From Clostridia bacterium (GTDB lineage: Bacteria > Bacillota > Clostridia > Christensenellales > Borkfalkiaceae), in contig JAFURH010000037.1 in NCBI GenBank assembly GCA_017471945.1, forward strand, positions 3,334 to 67,333: DNA of 64,000 bases, in the 5' to 3' direction. The position numbers were made by a program, and so were the translations under genes. Under the pieces are notes generated by a model that ran no database searches, was not told the DNA's origin, and saw nothing but the letters and a program-made list of their open reading frames with translations. Of the stretch, positions 49,053 through 59,621 are shown piece by piece (position 1 is the first letter of the stretch; every line of letters begins with the position of its first letter).

Positions 49053-52000
49053 ATGCGAAGAATAAAAGTATTTTTATTATTGTTAATGGTGTTCGTGCTT
49101 AGCTCGGTCGTTTTTACCGCGTGTGCTCAAAAAAAGGATTCGGGTAATGGGGGAACAATAGAACAGATTCCTTCTAACGATATCGAGTTAAGCGTAGCGA
49201 CTCCGTTTTTAGATCTTTTGGTAGGCGACGAATCCAACGTCGTGGCAAATTATACGACGAAGGAAGGGCTTTCTTTGTCTTACGATTCCGTGAATCCCTC
49301 TGTCGCAACGGTAGATACGAACGGTAAGATCGTAGCGGTCGGCGTAGGCGAAACGACGGTTAAGGTGATATACGGCGAAGAAACGGCGACCGTTTCCGTA
49401 AAAGTGGGGTTGGGAAATCTTCAACCGACGTTGCAATTTACGCAGCTTGCAGGCGAAGAATTTTCCGTTATGGTGAAAGACGAAATAAGCTTGAAGCCTA
49501 CGGTTTTGTTTAACGGGAAGGAATTTTCTGCGGACGAGGTTACGTATACGCAGACGACCCCCTCCGTTGCAGATATACAAGACGGGATCTTTACGCCGAA
49601 GGCTCGCGGCACGACGGAAGTGACCGTGTCCTGCAAGTGGCAAGGAAAATCGTTTGCAACGCTTGAAAAAACGTTCACCATTACCGCAATGAACTCGGTA
49701 GAGCTTTTGTTGAACGGCAAACCCGAGCTTTCCGATACGATCGTCTATACGATGGAAACGTTTGGCGATAATACGTTTCCCGTCAGTGCGCCGTTTGACG
49801 TAGAAGCGACTATAAACGGTGAAACGATGGCGGTGGAAATTTCCGTCGTCGAAGGAACGGAACTGATCGAGTATAACGAAAATGCTAAGACGGTTTCCGT
49901 TTCCGAAGCAAAAAAGAGCGGCGTTGCAACTGTTCGCCTTGCGTTTACGGGTTTTGGTGAAACGATAACTCACGATATAAAGGTAACGATAAAACCCTCG
50001 TATACTGTGTACGACGGTGAGGCGATCTTATTTTCGGCGATGGACGGCGATTTGCCCGTGGCGAATATTTTCGGGGAAACTACGCAGATCGTTTCGGCGG
50101 AAACGCAAACGGGCGATCCGATCGAAGTTAAGGACGGAAAGATAACGGGCATTCCCGTAGACGTTGACAACGCAGGCAAGGAACGTTCTATCAGGATCTT
50201 TAACGAAAGCTATGGCTACGAGGTGCAGATCAAGCCTTATACGAAGATCATCAAAAAGGCAGAAGATCTTTCTGTTTTCCAAATCGAAGAAGTTACGCAA
50301 AATGCCGATATCTTGCAAGCGCATACTTCGTTTGACGGGTATTATATACTCGGGAACGATATTGACGCAACCGATTATCAGCATCAAGCAGTTTCGGACG
50401 CGACGCAGAACGCAAATCTGAACAAGGGCGGCGAAGGCGCTATGATCAGAGAGTGCCGTAATATCAAGGGCGGCTTAACGGGGATATTCGACGGTTGCGG
50501 TTATACGGTAAGCGGGCTTACCGTGATCGATCAAGGTCTTTTCGGCTTGATCGACGGCGGCACGGTAAAGAACGTCGGGTTTGAAAACGTAACGCTTAAC
50601 GGAAGCGCGTATCGAAAAAATATCGCGTTGTTTGCTCAACAGGCGAAAAACGCGACGTTTGAAAACGTTTACGTGCAAGCCAACACGCTCTATGGCGGAG
50701 AGGGACAAACGGCGCAGACTTCCGATGCGAGAGGCAACCGCGCGTTGCTTGCGTTGGGTTTGGACGGCAAAACGACGGTTTCCAACAGTATTTTTAAGTA
50801 TAATATCGAAAACACGAAGATACAATACTGCTATACTTACGGCTTATTCGGTTCGGATATAGGATTTTTCGGACACGGCGACGAAACGAGAACGGGACTG
50901 CAATTCAATAACGTTTACGTAATTTCCAATGCGCCGTTGTCCGTGCAAAACGATTCCTTGGTATCCAAAGAAGCGAATACGCACGTTATCCTTGCGGAAA
51001 ATGAAATGGAAGACGGCAAGTCGAAACTGGAAATTGCTATCAGTTTGATGGAGGGGCGTTTCTTCAATTCGGATAACGCGCAAAACACTTTGAACGACAA
51101 ATTCGTGCGCCTCGCAAAGGGTATTAAGCTTTATGCATCCATTGCCGATATGCAAGCGGCGGCAAACGACTATTCTGCTTTTATAAATCGCTATTGGAAC
51201 GTAACAGAGGGATTTATTCCGTACTTCAAAACGGGGCTTGAACAGCTTTCGATTGCCGTAGACGGCACTTATGAGTTGGATATGGAAAACGGGTTCACGG
51301 ACGCGCAGCTTGCGGAAATTTTCCAATCGGAAACGGTTGAGCTCGAATCGGCTGCGTTGGTTGCAAGCAAGCTTAACGTTACCGATAACGTGATCGGAGA
51401 TATTCCGATGGAATTGCACGGGGAGACGATAACGCTTACTTTGAAAATCAAAGGAACAGAAGCTACGTATGCGGTCAACGTGATTCCCGTTACGAAATAC
51501 ATCAAAATAGCACAGGATCTTTCCGTTTTCCAAATGTCGGACGCTACTTGTACAACGGAATTTGCAGGATATTATGTGCTGGCAAACAATATTAACGCGC
51601 TCGACTATACGCACACGGTAGATCCTGCCGCAACGCTGGCAACAACGCCCGTTTTGTCCGTGTTGGACGGGGTCGCGATGAGCAGTACGCCTACTTTGAA
51701 GGGCTTAACGGGTACGTTTGACGGCAGAGGTTATACCATTTCTAATTTGACCGTAAACGAACACGGTTTGTTCGGTATGGTCGTGGGCGGTACGATCAAA
51801 AACGTGGGCTTTACCAATCTGACTTTAAACGCAGTCGTGAGCAGAGCGGACACCGCGCTTTTTGCACAAAAGCTGCATTTAGCAACGGTGGAAAACGTAT
51901 ACGCGCAGGTGAACGAGATACAGGGCGCACCCTCGAACAATTATGCAACGGACGCGGGCGGCGATCGCGGCTTCCTTGCCGACTCCATTCAGGGCGGTAC

Positions 52001-52547
52001 TCTAAAAAACTGTATTCTCGTCGTAGAGATCGCCAATACCTATTCGTTGAACGATCCCGATTTCACGCCGACGGCAGGTACGGCGTATTATCACGCGGCT
52101 TACGGTGCGCTTTGCGCCCGTGACGTGACGGAAATTACGGGTCAATGGAATGCGGCAGGCATTTCCTCTAATATCCGTTCGGACGTATACGTGCTTTCTT
52201 CGGCGTATCTCTCTTTCTTTAACAATACTTCGGGCGCGGGTATGCAAAAAACGGTCTACGAGGACAAAGGGGACGGAACGTTTGCTTATGCAACTTGGGA
52301 TCACAGGATCGTAGACGGGGAAAACAAATTCGTTTCCGATACGCATTACGGAACGGATAAAGACTCGCTTGATAACAACGCGGACGGCAAAGGCGACAAC
52401 TTCTACGGTCAATGGAGCGCGGGCGGCGTGAAACGTTACGAAACGCAGACGGCTATGTTGGCGGCAGGCAACGATTATACGGCGTTCGACGCGGCGTATT
52501 GGTCGTTGGAAGGCGGCGTTCCCGTTTGGAAGAGCAGTATTGCATAA
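49053..52547 (+). CDS. Lipoprotein with Big_2 domains and two GLUG-like modules; paralog of 6000..9674
   Basis: Lipobox VFTAC. Big_2-like SVNPSVATVDTNGKIVAVGVGETTVKV. GGLTGIFDGCGYTVSGLTVIDQGLFG and GLTGTFDGRGYTISNLTVNEHGLFG. Confidence 0.8.
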   Translation: MRRIKVFLLLLMVFVLSSVVFTACAQKKDSGNGGTIEQIPSNDIELSVATPFLDLLVGDESNVVANYTTKEGLSLSYDSVNPSVATVDTNGKIVAVGVGETTVKVIYGEETATVSVKVGLGNLQPTLQFTQLAGEEFSVMVKDEISLKPTVLFNGKEFSADEVTYTQTTPSVADIQDGIFTPKARGTTEVTVSCKWQGKSFATLEKTFTITAMNSVELLLNGKPELSDTIVYTMETFGDNTFPVSAPFDVEATINGETMAVEISVVEGTELIEYNENAKTVSVSEAKKSGVATVRLAFTGFGETITHDIKVTIKPSYTVYDGEAILFSAMDGDLPVANIFGETTQIVSAETQTGDPIEVKDGKITGIPVDVDNAGKERSIRIFNESYGYEVQIKPYTKIIKKAEDLSVFQIEEVTQNADILQAHTSFDGYYILGNDIDATDYQHQAVSDATQNANLNKGGEGAMIRECRNIKGGLTGIFDGCGYTVSGLTVIDQGLFGLIDGGTVKNVGFENVTLNGSAYRKNIALFAQQAKNATFENVYVQANTLYGGEGQTAQTSDARGNRALLALGLDGKTTVSNSIFKYNIENTKIQYCYTYGLFGSDIGFFGHGDETRTGLQFNNVYVISNAPLSVQNDSLVSKEANTHVILAENEMEDGKSKLEIAISLMEGRFFNSDNAQNTLNDKFVRLAKGIKLYASIADMQAAANDYSAFINRYWNVTEGFIPYFKTGLEQLSIAVDGTYELDMENGFTDAQLAEIFQSETVELESAALVASKLNVTDNVIGDIPMELHGETITLTLKIKGTEATYAVNVIPVTKYIKIAQDLSVFQMSDATCTTEFAGYYVLANNINALDYTHTVDPAATLATTPVLSVLDGVAMSSTPTLKGLTGTFDGRGYTISNLTVNEHGLFGMVVGGTIKNVGFTNLTLNAVVSRADTALFAQKLHLATVENVYAQVNEIQGAPSNNYATDAGGDRGFLADSIQGGTLKNCILVVEIANTYSLNDPDFTPTAGTAYYHAAYGALCARDVTEITGQWNAAGISSNIRSDVYVLSSAYLSFFNNTSGAGMQKTVYEDKGDGTFAYATWDHRIVDGENKFVSDTHYGTDKDSLDNNADGKGDNFYGQWSAGGVKRYETQTAMLAAGNDYTAFDAAYWSLEGGVPVWKSSIA

Positions 52548-52590
52548 ACAGGGAGAACGACAACTATAAAACTTTAAGGAGCAAAAAACA

Positions 52591-53724
52591 ATGAAAGTAT
52601 TTGACGGACATTTACATACGTTTCGGTTTAAAGTGCCGATGCGGGAATCAATCGATTTATTCAAAAGACAATTTGAGAGATTTAACGTAGAGAAAATGAC
52701 TTTTTTGGCGTTACCTTGCGACGCTTGTCCTGGTAGAGTAGAGTGGGCGCACACGGACGAGATAGACAATATTCGCGTAATGTATTTCAAATCGGTGTTT
52801 TCGCCAAACGCTTACGCCTATGCGGGGTTGGAATATAAAAGGCTTAATACCAAAGATAAAAAAGCGGTTGCCGCGGATTTGTTGCGGCAGGTTAAAGAAT
52901 ATAAAAGAGTAGGCTACGACGGAATGAAAATGTACGAGGGACACCCCAACCACAGGAAGCTTTTGGGCTATCCTCTGTACGACGAAATTTTCGATCCGTA
53001 TTACGATTATTGTGAAAAAGAAGGATTTCCGATCCTTATGCACCTTGCGAATCCCGACTATATGTGGGAGGCGGACAAAGTGAGCGATTATTGGAAGGCG
53101 AGAGGTTGCTATTTTGACGAAACGTATCTTACCTTTCATCAATTCCACGAAGAGATTTTAAAGAGATTGGAAAAAAATCCCAAACTCAATTTTACGCTTG
53201 CGCATTGGGGCTTTTTGACCTACGACAAGGTCGCGGCAGAAAAGTTTATGTCGTATGAGAATACCAAGCTGGACGTATGTCCCGGCGGGGAGAATTTCTT
53301 TAATATCTTGGCAGACAAAGGATATTGGATTCCGTTTATCGAGAAGTACGCGGACAGAATTACGTATGGTACGGACAGCTATAATTTCGAATACGATAAC
53401 GAGGAGAATTGGTTGCGGGCGACGGGGAATAGACCTCTTTTGGCGCAGAATTTTTTAACGGGTAAGCTTTCGGATGAATTCGATTATATAGGCAGAAAAT
53501 ATACGGGCGCGGGCTTAACGAAAAGAACGCAGGAAAAAATCCTGTACGAAAATTTAGCCAAACTGCTTGGCGAGTCGAACGCAATCGATTACGATCATTT
53601 TATAGCAAGATGCGAAAAAATGTTGGAAACGGTAGACGAAAATTCGCTGGACAGATACAATTTGTGGTGTATGAAAAACGACTTCGAGTCGATGAAAAAA
53701 GGAACGTTCTATTGGAAAAATTAA
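52591..53724 (+). CDS. Amidohydrolase-superfamily (metal-dependent TIM-barrel hydrolase) protein
   Basis: N-terminal VFDGHLHTF metal motif. Paralog of 55799..56869. Confidence 0.6.
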   Translation: MKVFDGHLHTFRFKVPMRESIDLFKRQFERFNVEKMTFLALPCDACPGRVEWAHTDEIDNIRVMYFKSVFSPNAYAYAGLEYKRLNTKDKKAVAADLLRQVKEYKRVGYDGMKMYEGHPNHRKLLGYPLYDEIFDPYYDYCEKEGFPILMHLANPDYMWEADKVSDYWKARGCYFDETYLTFHQFHEEILKRLEKNPKLNFTLAHWGFLTYDKVAAEKFMSYENTKLDVCPGGENFFNILADKGYWIPFIEKYADRITYGTDSYNFEYDNEENWLRATGNRPLLAQNFLTGKLSDEFDYIGRKYTGAGLTKRTQEKILYENLAKLLGESNAIDYDHFIARCEKMLETVDENSLDRYNLWCMKNDFESMKKGTFYWKN

Positions 53725-53739
53725 AAAACAGAGGTTGCA

Positions 53740-54471
53740 ATGAAGATTTTATCGATAGGAAACAGCTTTTCACAAGATGCACATAGGTATTTACACGGAG
53801 TTGCAAAAGCCGACGAATTTAATTTAAAAGTTGTAAATTTGTACATCGGTGGTTGTACTTTACGAACACATTATTTGAATATGCTTGACGATGTTGCGTC
53901 CTACAGTTTTGAGTTTAACGGTGAGACTACGGGAATAAAAGTATCCATTCGTCAAGCACTCGTTAGTGACGATTGGGACTATATAACATTACAACAAGCA
54001 AGCCCTTTGAGCGCGAAAGAAGAAACGTATTTTCCGTATATTGAAGAAATTGCGAAATATGTTAGAAAATATTGCCCGAAAACGAAAATTGTATTGCATC
54101 AAACTTGGGCATATGAAAACAGAAGTGAACGTCTTGCGCAATTAGGGTTTGAAACGCACGAACAAATGCTTGAAAATTTGAGTAAAGCGTATGAAAATGC
54201 GGCTTTAAGTATCGGTGCAGACGGAATTATTCCTTGCGGAAAAGTTATGTATTGGGCACAAAAAAACGGAATAAAATGTGTGCATAGAGATTCTTTTCAC
54301 GCTGCGTTTGGTATAGGAAGATATTTGTTGGCTCTTACTTGGTATGCGTTTTTGACGGGGAATTCAATTGATGAAAATACTTTTAACGATTTTGACGAAT
54401 CCGTGTCTCGGGACGAACAAGAAATTGCAATTCAAACGATAAATGAAATAGTAAAAGGAAAAGTATTATGA
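53740..54471 (+). CDS. DUF4886/SGNH-hydrolase-like protein
   Basis: KILSIGNSFSQDAHRYL...NLYIGGCTLRTH is the characteristic N-terminal pattern of this family. Confidence 0.55.
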   Translation: MKILSIGNSFSQDAHRYLHGVAKADEFNLKVVNLYIGGCTLRTHYLNMLDDVASYSFEFNGETTGIKVSIRQALVSDDWDYITLQQASPLSAKEETYFPYIEEIAKYVRKYCPKTKIVLHQTWAYENRSERLAQLGFETHEQMLENLSKAYENAALSIGADGIIPCGKVMYWAQKNGIKCVHRDSFHAAFGIGRYLLALTWYAFLTGNSIDENTFNDFDESVSRDEQEIAIQTINEIVKGKVL

Positions 54472-55796
54472 TAAAAAGATTTAAAGAGAAAAAAGGAGTA
54501 ATCTATAACCCATATATTGGCTTTACAAGCTTTCAACATTTCAGAGGAGAAGAGTTGTATTCGGATTGCGTCACGGGCAGGAGCAGCGGCGTGGCAAGCT
54601 GCGAAACGGAAAACTACGAGTGCTATCCCGTACCCGCAGGCGTAGAAGAAAAGGGCAGAGAGCAAGGCTACTATCCCGATAACACGGTCGCGTATATTCG
54701 TATTTTATGGAAAGAATTCGAGCCCAAGCCAGGCGAATATAATTACGCATTCATTGAAAGTATTTTGGCGAAAGCAAAGGCAAAGGGGCAAACGGTGATG
54801 TTCCGTCTTATGCCACATAGCACGTGCGCGCGCGACGACGTACCCGATTGGCTGAAAGAGCTTATGCTCTGCCCCGCTCGTCCTGCGGGAATGCGGGTAA
54901 AGGATTCGCCTACGGATCCTCGCTATTTGAAGTTGTTTGGGCAAGCAATAGAAAAGCTCGGCGAAAGATTTGATCAAGACCCGACGCTCGATTGCGTAGA
55001 CGTAGCGCTTGGCGGGGCGTGGGGCGAAGGCAGTCAGAGCTTTCCCGAAGAGGATATGAAAGCGTTGATGGATATTTACGTGCGCGTATTCCCGAACACC
55101 AAGCTAATCGGGCAGTTTGCCAACGTGAATATGCTGAATTATATCAGCGAAAAACGTACGATTGGTTGGCGGGCGGACGGAACGGGAAGCCCGAAGCATA
55201 TGAACGAGATATTTCCCGCACGTTTTCCGTTGATCAAAAAAGAAATTTGGAAAACCGCGCCCGTATCCTTTGAAAGCTACTGGTGGATATCCGAATGGTA
55301 TCGTCAGGGCTGGGATATCGACAATATCATTGAAAAGACCTTGGAATGGCATATCAGTACGTTCAATACGAAATCTTTTCCCATTCAATACGCATTAAAG
55401 GATAAGATCGAGCGTTGGCTTGAAAAAATGGGTTATCGGTTCGTAATTCGAGAGATAGAATATCCCGAAACGGTAAACGCGGGAGCAATTGCGCAAATTT
55501 CTTTAAAAATCGAAAACAAGGGCGTTGCTCCGATCTACAATAAATTGCCGCTCAAACTGCGTTTTAAAGGTGAAAAACAAGCGTTTGAATTTGTAACCGA
55601 TGCGGATATTACGAAATGGTTGCCCGGCGAACATACAGAAATGATTGAAGCGGCTTTGCCCGAGAATATGCCTGCGGGAAATTACGAGATCGCTTGTGCG
55701 ATCGGCGGAGGAGAATATCCCATCGTGCAGATAGCAATCGAAGCGGAAAACGACGAGGGATTTTACTCGTTGGCAAAAATTGAGATCAAGGAATAA
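54468..55796 (+). CDS. DUF4832-like (glycoside-hydrolase-like) protein
   Basis: ATGA overlap with the upstream gene. N-terminal NPYIGF motif, plus WKEFEPKPGEYN, a beta-galactosidase-like block. The assignment is tentative. Confidence 0.4.
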   Translation: MIKRFKEKKGVIYNPYIGFTSFQHFRGEELYSDCVTGRSSGVASCETENYECYPVPAGVEEKGREQGYYPDNTVAYIRILWKEFEPKPGEYNYAFIESILAKAKAKGQTVMFRLMPHSTCARDDVPDWLKELMLCPARPAGMRVKDSPTDPRYLKLFGQAIEKLGERFDQDPTLDCVDVALGGAWGEGSQSFPEEDMKALMDIYVRVFPNTKLIGQFANVNMLNYISEKRTIGWRADGTGSPKHMNEIFPARFPLIKKEIWKTAPVSFESYWWISEWYRQGWDIDNIIEKTLEWHISTFNTKSFPIQYALKDKIERWLEKMGYRFVIREIEYPETVNAGAIAQISLKIENKGVAPIYNKLPLKLRFKGEKQAFEFVTDADITKWLPGEHTEMIEAALPENMPAGNYEIACAIGGGEYPIVQIAIEAENDEGFYSLAKIEIKE

Positions 55797-55798
55797 AA

Positions 55799-56869
55799 AT
55801 GAAGAAAGTATTCGATACCCATATACACAGCACGCAAAAGGTAAGCGTGGAAAATTCGATAGCGGTTTATCAGAAAATTTTTACTTGGACGGGCGTAGAA
55901 AAGGCGTTGTTTTTAGGTCTGCCGCAGGATTCCAAAGGCCATACCGATCATTCGCAAAACTTGAAAACGTTGTTTTACAAACAGTATTTCGGCGGATATG
56001 GTTTTTATGGGCTTTCGCACGATACCTCTTTGACCGACGCGGAAACGGAAAAGGATTTTTTACGGCAAGCGCAGAAGGCGTTTTCCGCGGGCTTCGACGG
56101 CGTGAAAATATTGGACGGAAAGCCTTCGATGCGGCGTATTTATAAGCGGCTGTTATCCGATCCCGTTTACGATAAATTTTATTCGTTTATGGAAGAATGC
56201 GGGTTACCGATCACGTTGCATAATGCCGACCCCGCGCAATTTTGGGATATTTCCAAAATGACTCCTTATGCGATGGAACACGGGTGGTATTGCGGCGACG
56301 GGCTTTCAAAAGACGAGCTTTTCGAGGACGTGATGCAGGTAATGAAAAAACATCCGAAATTGCATTTAACGCTTGCACATTTCGGATTTACGGGCGATAA
56401 TATAGAGCAAGCGCAACGCTTTTTGGGTGGATATGAATATACGATGTTCGACACTACGCCGAATACCGAAAGCTATTTCGATATGCTCGGGGATTGGGAA
56501 ACGTGGCACGCGTTTTTTAAAAAATATTCGGACAGGTTTAAGTATGGCGCGGATACCTATAATTTCGAGGCGAAAGACGAGGAAGAATTGAAAGTATTAT
56601 CCACGCGCAGACCGTATTTCCAAAGACGGTTTTTTGAAACGGCAGACAAGTACGAATTCGGGAAACAAGAATTTCTCGGCATAAACTTAGAAGCGGATAT
56701 TCTCGACAAAATTTATATGCAGAATGCCGAGCGTGAATACGGCGAGCCGAAAAAAATCGACGACGAATACGTTATAAGAACGTTGGAGAACTTGCAAAAG
56801 ACGTATCGGGAATGCGATTTTATATTTGAAGATTTAAGATTTATCCAAAAAAATTATAATTTTGATTGA
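55799..56869 (+). CDS. Amidohydrolase-superfamily protein; paralog of 52591..53724
   Basis: VFDTHIHST N-terminal motif. Shared blocks with the paralog: FDGVKILDGKP vs YDGMKMYEGHP, and HLTLAHFGF vs NFTLAHWGF. Confidence 0.6.
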   Translation: MKKVFDTHIHSTQKVSVENSIAVYQKIFTWTGVEKALFLGLPQDSKGHTDHSQNLKTLFYKQYFGGYGFYGLSHDTSLTDAETEKDFLRQAQKAFSAGFDGVKILDGKPSMRRIYKRLLSDPVYDKFYSFMEECGLPITLHNADPAQFWDISKMTPYAMEHGWYCGDGLSKDELFEDVMQVMKKHPKLHLTLAHFGFTGDNIEQAQRFLGGYEYTMFDTTPNTESYFDMLGDWETWHAFFKKYSDRFKYGADTYNFEAKDEEELKVLSTRRPYFQRRFFETADKYEFGKQEFLGINLEADILDKIYMQNAEREYGEPKKIDDEYVIRTLENLQKTYRECDFIFEDLRFIQKNYNFD

Positions 56870-56979
56870 GAACAGATTTTTCGTTTTTTTTGAAATATTT
56901 GACGATTCTGCAAAAACAATGTACAATGAATTAAATTTCAATGGAAAAAATTCAGTAAGACAATTTAATTCAAAATAAT

Positions 56980-57016
56980 GAATATAGAGCAGACAAAATT
57001 TGTCTGCTCTATATTC
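56980..57016. terminator. Perfect 16-bp bidirectional hairpin at the border of the AT-rich module
   Basis: gaatatagagcagaca / tgtctgctctatattc, 5-nt loop. Lies 10 nt beyond the stop of the minus-strand gene 57026..57853. Confidence 0.65.
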
Positions 57017-57025
57017 ACAAAATAA

Positions 57026-57853
57026 TTACATATCAATTTTATTAAGCCATTTTATAATCAACTTTTTTACTTGCTCTTTATCAAGCAAATCTATTCTTAA
57101 ATTTCTATCCTTCTTTATCTTTTTATTTGATATAGCAGGAGCTAAATTCGCAATACTTTTTTTATTGTCTATCCCTTTTTGTATCTTCTCGTAATTAAAA
57201 TTTGGATTTTCCGAAAGCATTTGCGTTATAGATACGTCGAAAAAGTCCGCAAGTTTAATCACCGCAGACAACATAGGCTCGTTGCCCTTTTCTAATCTCG
57301 TCAAGTTTCCTATCGACATATCTATCGCCTTGCCTAGCTTTCGATAATTAATTTTTACAAACGTATGCAAATTATGAAAATTCTTTGTGAAGTTTTCTAT
57401 GATTTGTTCGTCCTTTTCAATCCTGATATATTTTCCTCTACGGTGTAAGTCGGATATAAGCTCACGAAAAATCTTAGACAATAGTTCATATACTTCATAT
57501 TTCCATAAAGTTAAATGCTTGTCTATCTCGACAAGTATTTTTTCTTTATACGGTTTTATCTCAATACCGCCCAACCGCTTTATAAAACTCACCTGCAACT
57601 CCAGCACTTCTTCTATATCAAAGTATATCTCATCTCCACATAATCTTTCGATATCCGTACAATACATATCCGCTATTTTCTTCGCTACCGTAATATAAGG
57701 CGAAACGGCTCTCGTATCATACGAAATCATTGTCGATTCTGCAAGCCCCGTATATGCCGTAATATCCAAATACCGTAAATCAAAAATCACTTCACGGCAA
57801 CATTCTATATTTTTTGAAAACATAATTTGTTTTTGTAAAACATAACTATCCAT
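57026..57853 (-). CDS. Helix-turn-helix (XRE-like) protein of the integrase module
   Basis: AGGAGA ribosome-binding site. HTH-like GKAIDMSIGNLTRLEKGNEPMLSAVIKLADFFDVSITQML. AT-rich codon usage unlike the cargo genes. Confidence 0.65.
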   Translation of the reverse strand: MDSYVLQKQIMFSKNIECCREVIFDLRYLDITAYTGLAESTMISYDTRAVSPYITVAKKIADMYCTDIERLCGDEIYFDIEEVLELQVSFIKRLGGIEIKPYKEKILVEIDKHLTLWKYEVYELLSKIFRELISDLHRRGKYIRIEKDEQIIENFTKNFHNLHTFVKINYRKLGKAIDMSIGNLTRLEKGNEPMLSAVIKLADFFDVSITQMLSENPNFNYEKIQKGIDNKKSIANLAPAISNKKIKKDRNLRIDLLDKEQVKKLIIKWLNKIDM

Positions 57854-58317
57854 AAAAATTTTCTCCTAAAAATTGAAAAAAACGCTTGACGTCCTGTTCA
57901 CTATTATGATATTATAATATTCCAACGTTCCAAATCCATAAAGCCGTTCTCGGCGTTTTTTATTCAAATTTTTTGTTCATTATAAAGATAATTATAGCCA
58001 ATATTAACGAATATGTCAAGTGATTTGAAATACCATTTTTTTGTGGAGGTGATTACCAAAAACTTAGCCATCTTATATCACGAATGAAAAGGGAAAATGA
58101 CTGTAAAAAGTGTTGCTATTTTCCTATATTTTACCAGCAGGATAAGGAAATTGCCACAAACGGCAATTTCGAGTAAAAACTGAGCAGGAAACCTGCCTCG
58201 TTTAACAACCACGTAAAAAGAATAATAGGAGGTGATTTTAGAAAAATAAAACGCAATTAGCTAATCCGAACGGAATAAAAAACAGAATACCAATCCCAAA
58301 AATCTATCACGAAACAA

Positions 58318-58346
58318 TTGACAATAGCGTGTTAATACGATATAAT
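58318..58346 (+). promoter_or_regulatory. Consensus sigma-70-type promoter upstream of the integrase
   Basis: TTGACA at 58318-58323, 17-nt spacer, TATAAT at 58341-58346. Confidence 0.6.
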
Positions 58347-58424
58347 ATAAAAACTTATAAAATATTAAATTAAGGAGATTCGAAATATAAGGAATTAAGA
58401 AAGATTAATAAAATTATTGAAGTT

Positions 58425-59606
58425 TTGAAGGCGAGCCCTAACGCAGAAGAGAATATTCAATTCGTTTTGGATTTAGCAGATAAATCTATTAAAGCCGAAA
58501 CGTTGGAAGACCTTATGCGGAACGGGAATACGACGGGACAACCGTCTGAACAAAAACAAGATGAACAGGCAAAAGTCGGTCTAAAATTCACTAACGAGGA
58601 GATTAGACAAATGCCTAAAACATTCAAAAAAGAATTTCGCGCGGAAGGATGCACCGCACACATCCGCAAAAGACCTTGCGGCAAAGAAACTTTTACTTAT
58701 GAGATTCGCTATCGCAGAAACGGTTATAATATCACGATAACGGATAAGAATCTCGAAAACGGGAAACGCAGATTTATCGAAGCACTAAAAATGGCGGAAG
58801 AAACAAAACAGTACGGAAATATTCCCTATACGTTCAACGCCTTTTCCAATTACTATTTCCAAAAATTTCGAATACATAAGGTTACGCCACAAACGTTCAA
58901 AAAAGATATGTCACGGTATAACTTGTATTTGAAGCCTTATTTCAAAGAAAAGCCCTTAAAAAGAATAACTCCTGATGATTGTCAAAGGTTATTGGATGAC
59001 ATTAAAGCGACGGGAAAAAGCAAAACGACGGAAGAAATACGTGCGTTGCTGATGGTAATTTTCAAAATGGCGATTGCCCATCATTTAATAAACCATAATC
59101 CGCTTGATGTTGTGTTCTATACCAAGCACGAGAATGAACACGGCGAGGCACTTACAAAGGAAGAAGAACGTATATTGTTTACTGCGTTGGCGGATAATCT
59201 TTACCGTTCTGCTTTCGCATTGGCGCTTTATACGGGGCTTCGACCGAATGAATTGAAAACGGCGAAAATAGAGGGAAAATTTATCGTTGCGATCAATTCC
59301 AAGCGTAAAAACGGGAAGATCGAATACAAGAAAATTCCCATCACGAAAATGCTTGCGCCGTATCTCGAAGGACGGAAACTGAATATTCCCTGCTATCGGT
59401 ATATGCGTGAAAAAGTAAAAGAAATTTTGCCCAATCACAAACTATACGACTTGCGGACGACCTTTTATTCAAGGTGTAAAGAATGTGGGATTTCCGAACA
59501 CGCTATGAAGGAGTTTGTCGGACATTCGCTTGGGAAACTCGGTAATGCATACACCGATTTATCGGATGTGTTCTTGTTAAGAGAGGGAGAGAAATTTGCG
59601 TATTAA
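58425..59606 (+). CDS. Tyrosine recombinase / phage-type integrase
   Basis: Catalytic blocks LALYTGLRPNEL, LYDLRTTFYSRC, FVGHSLG, GNAYTDL. The start codon is uncertain: TTG 58425 has no clear ribosome-binding site, and the frame is open from 58374. Confidence 0.8.
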   Translation: MKASPNAEENIQFVLDLADKSIKAETLEDLMRNGNTTGQPSEQKQDEQAKVGLKFTNEEIRQMPKTFKKEFRAEGCTAHIRKRPCGKETFTYEIRYRRNGYNITITDKNLENGKRRFIEALKMAEETKQYGNIPYTFNAFSNYYFQKFRIHKVTPQTFKKDMSRYNLYLKPYFKEKPLKRITPDDCQRLLDDIKATGKSKTTEEIRALLMVIFKMAIAHHLINHNPLDVVFYTKHENEHGEALTKEEERILFTALADNLYRSAFALALYTGLRPNELKTAKIEGKFIVAINSKRKNGKIEYKKIPITKMLAPYLEGRKLNIPCYRYMREKVKEILPNHKLYDLRTTFYSRCKECGISEHAMKEFVGHSLGKLGNAYTDLSDVFLLREGEKFAY

Positions 59607-59621
59607 AAAAATATGCGAAAT

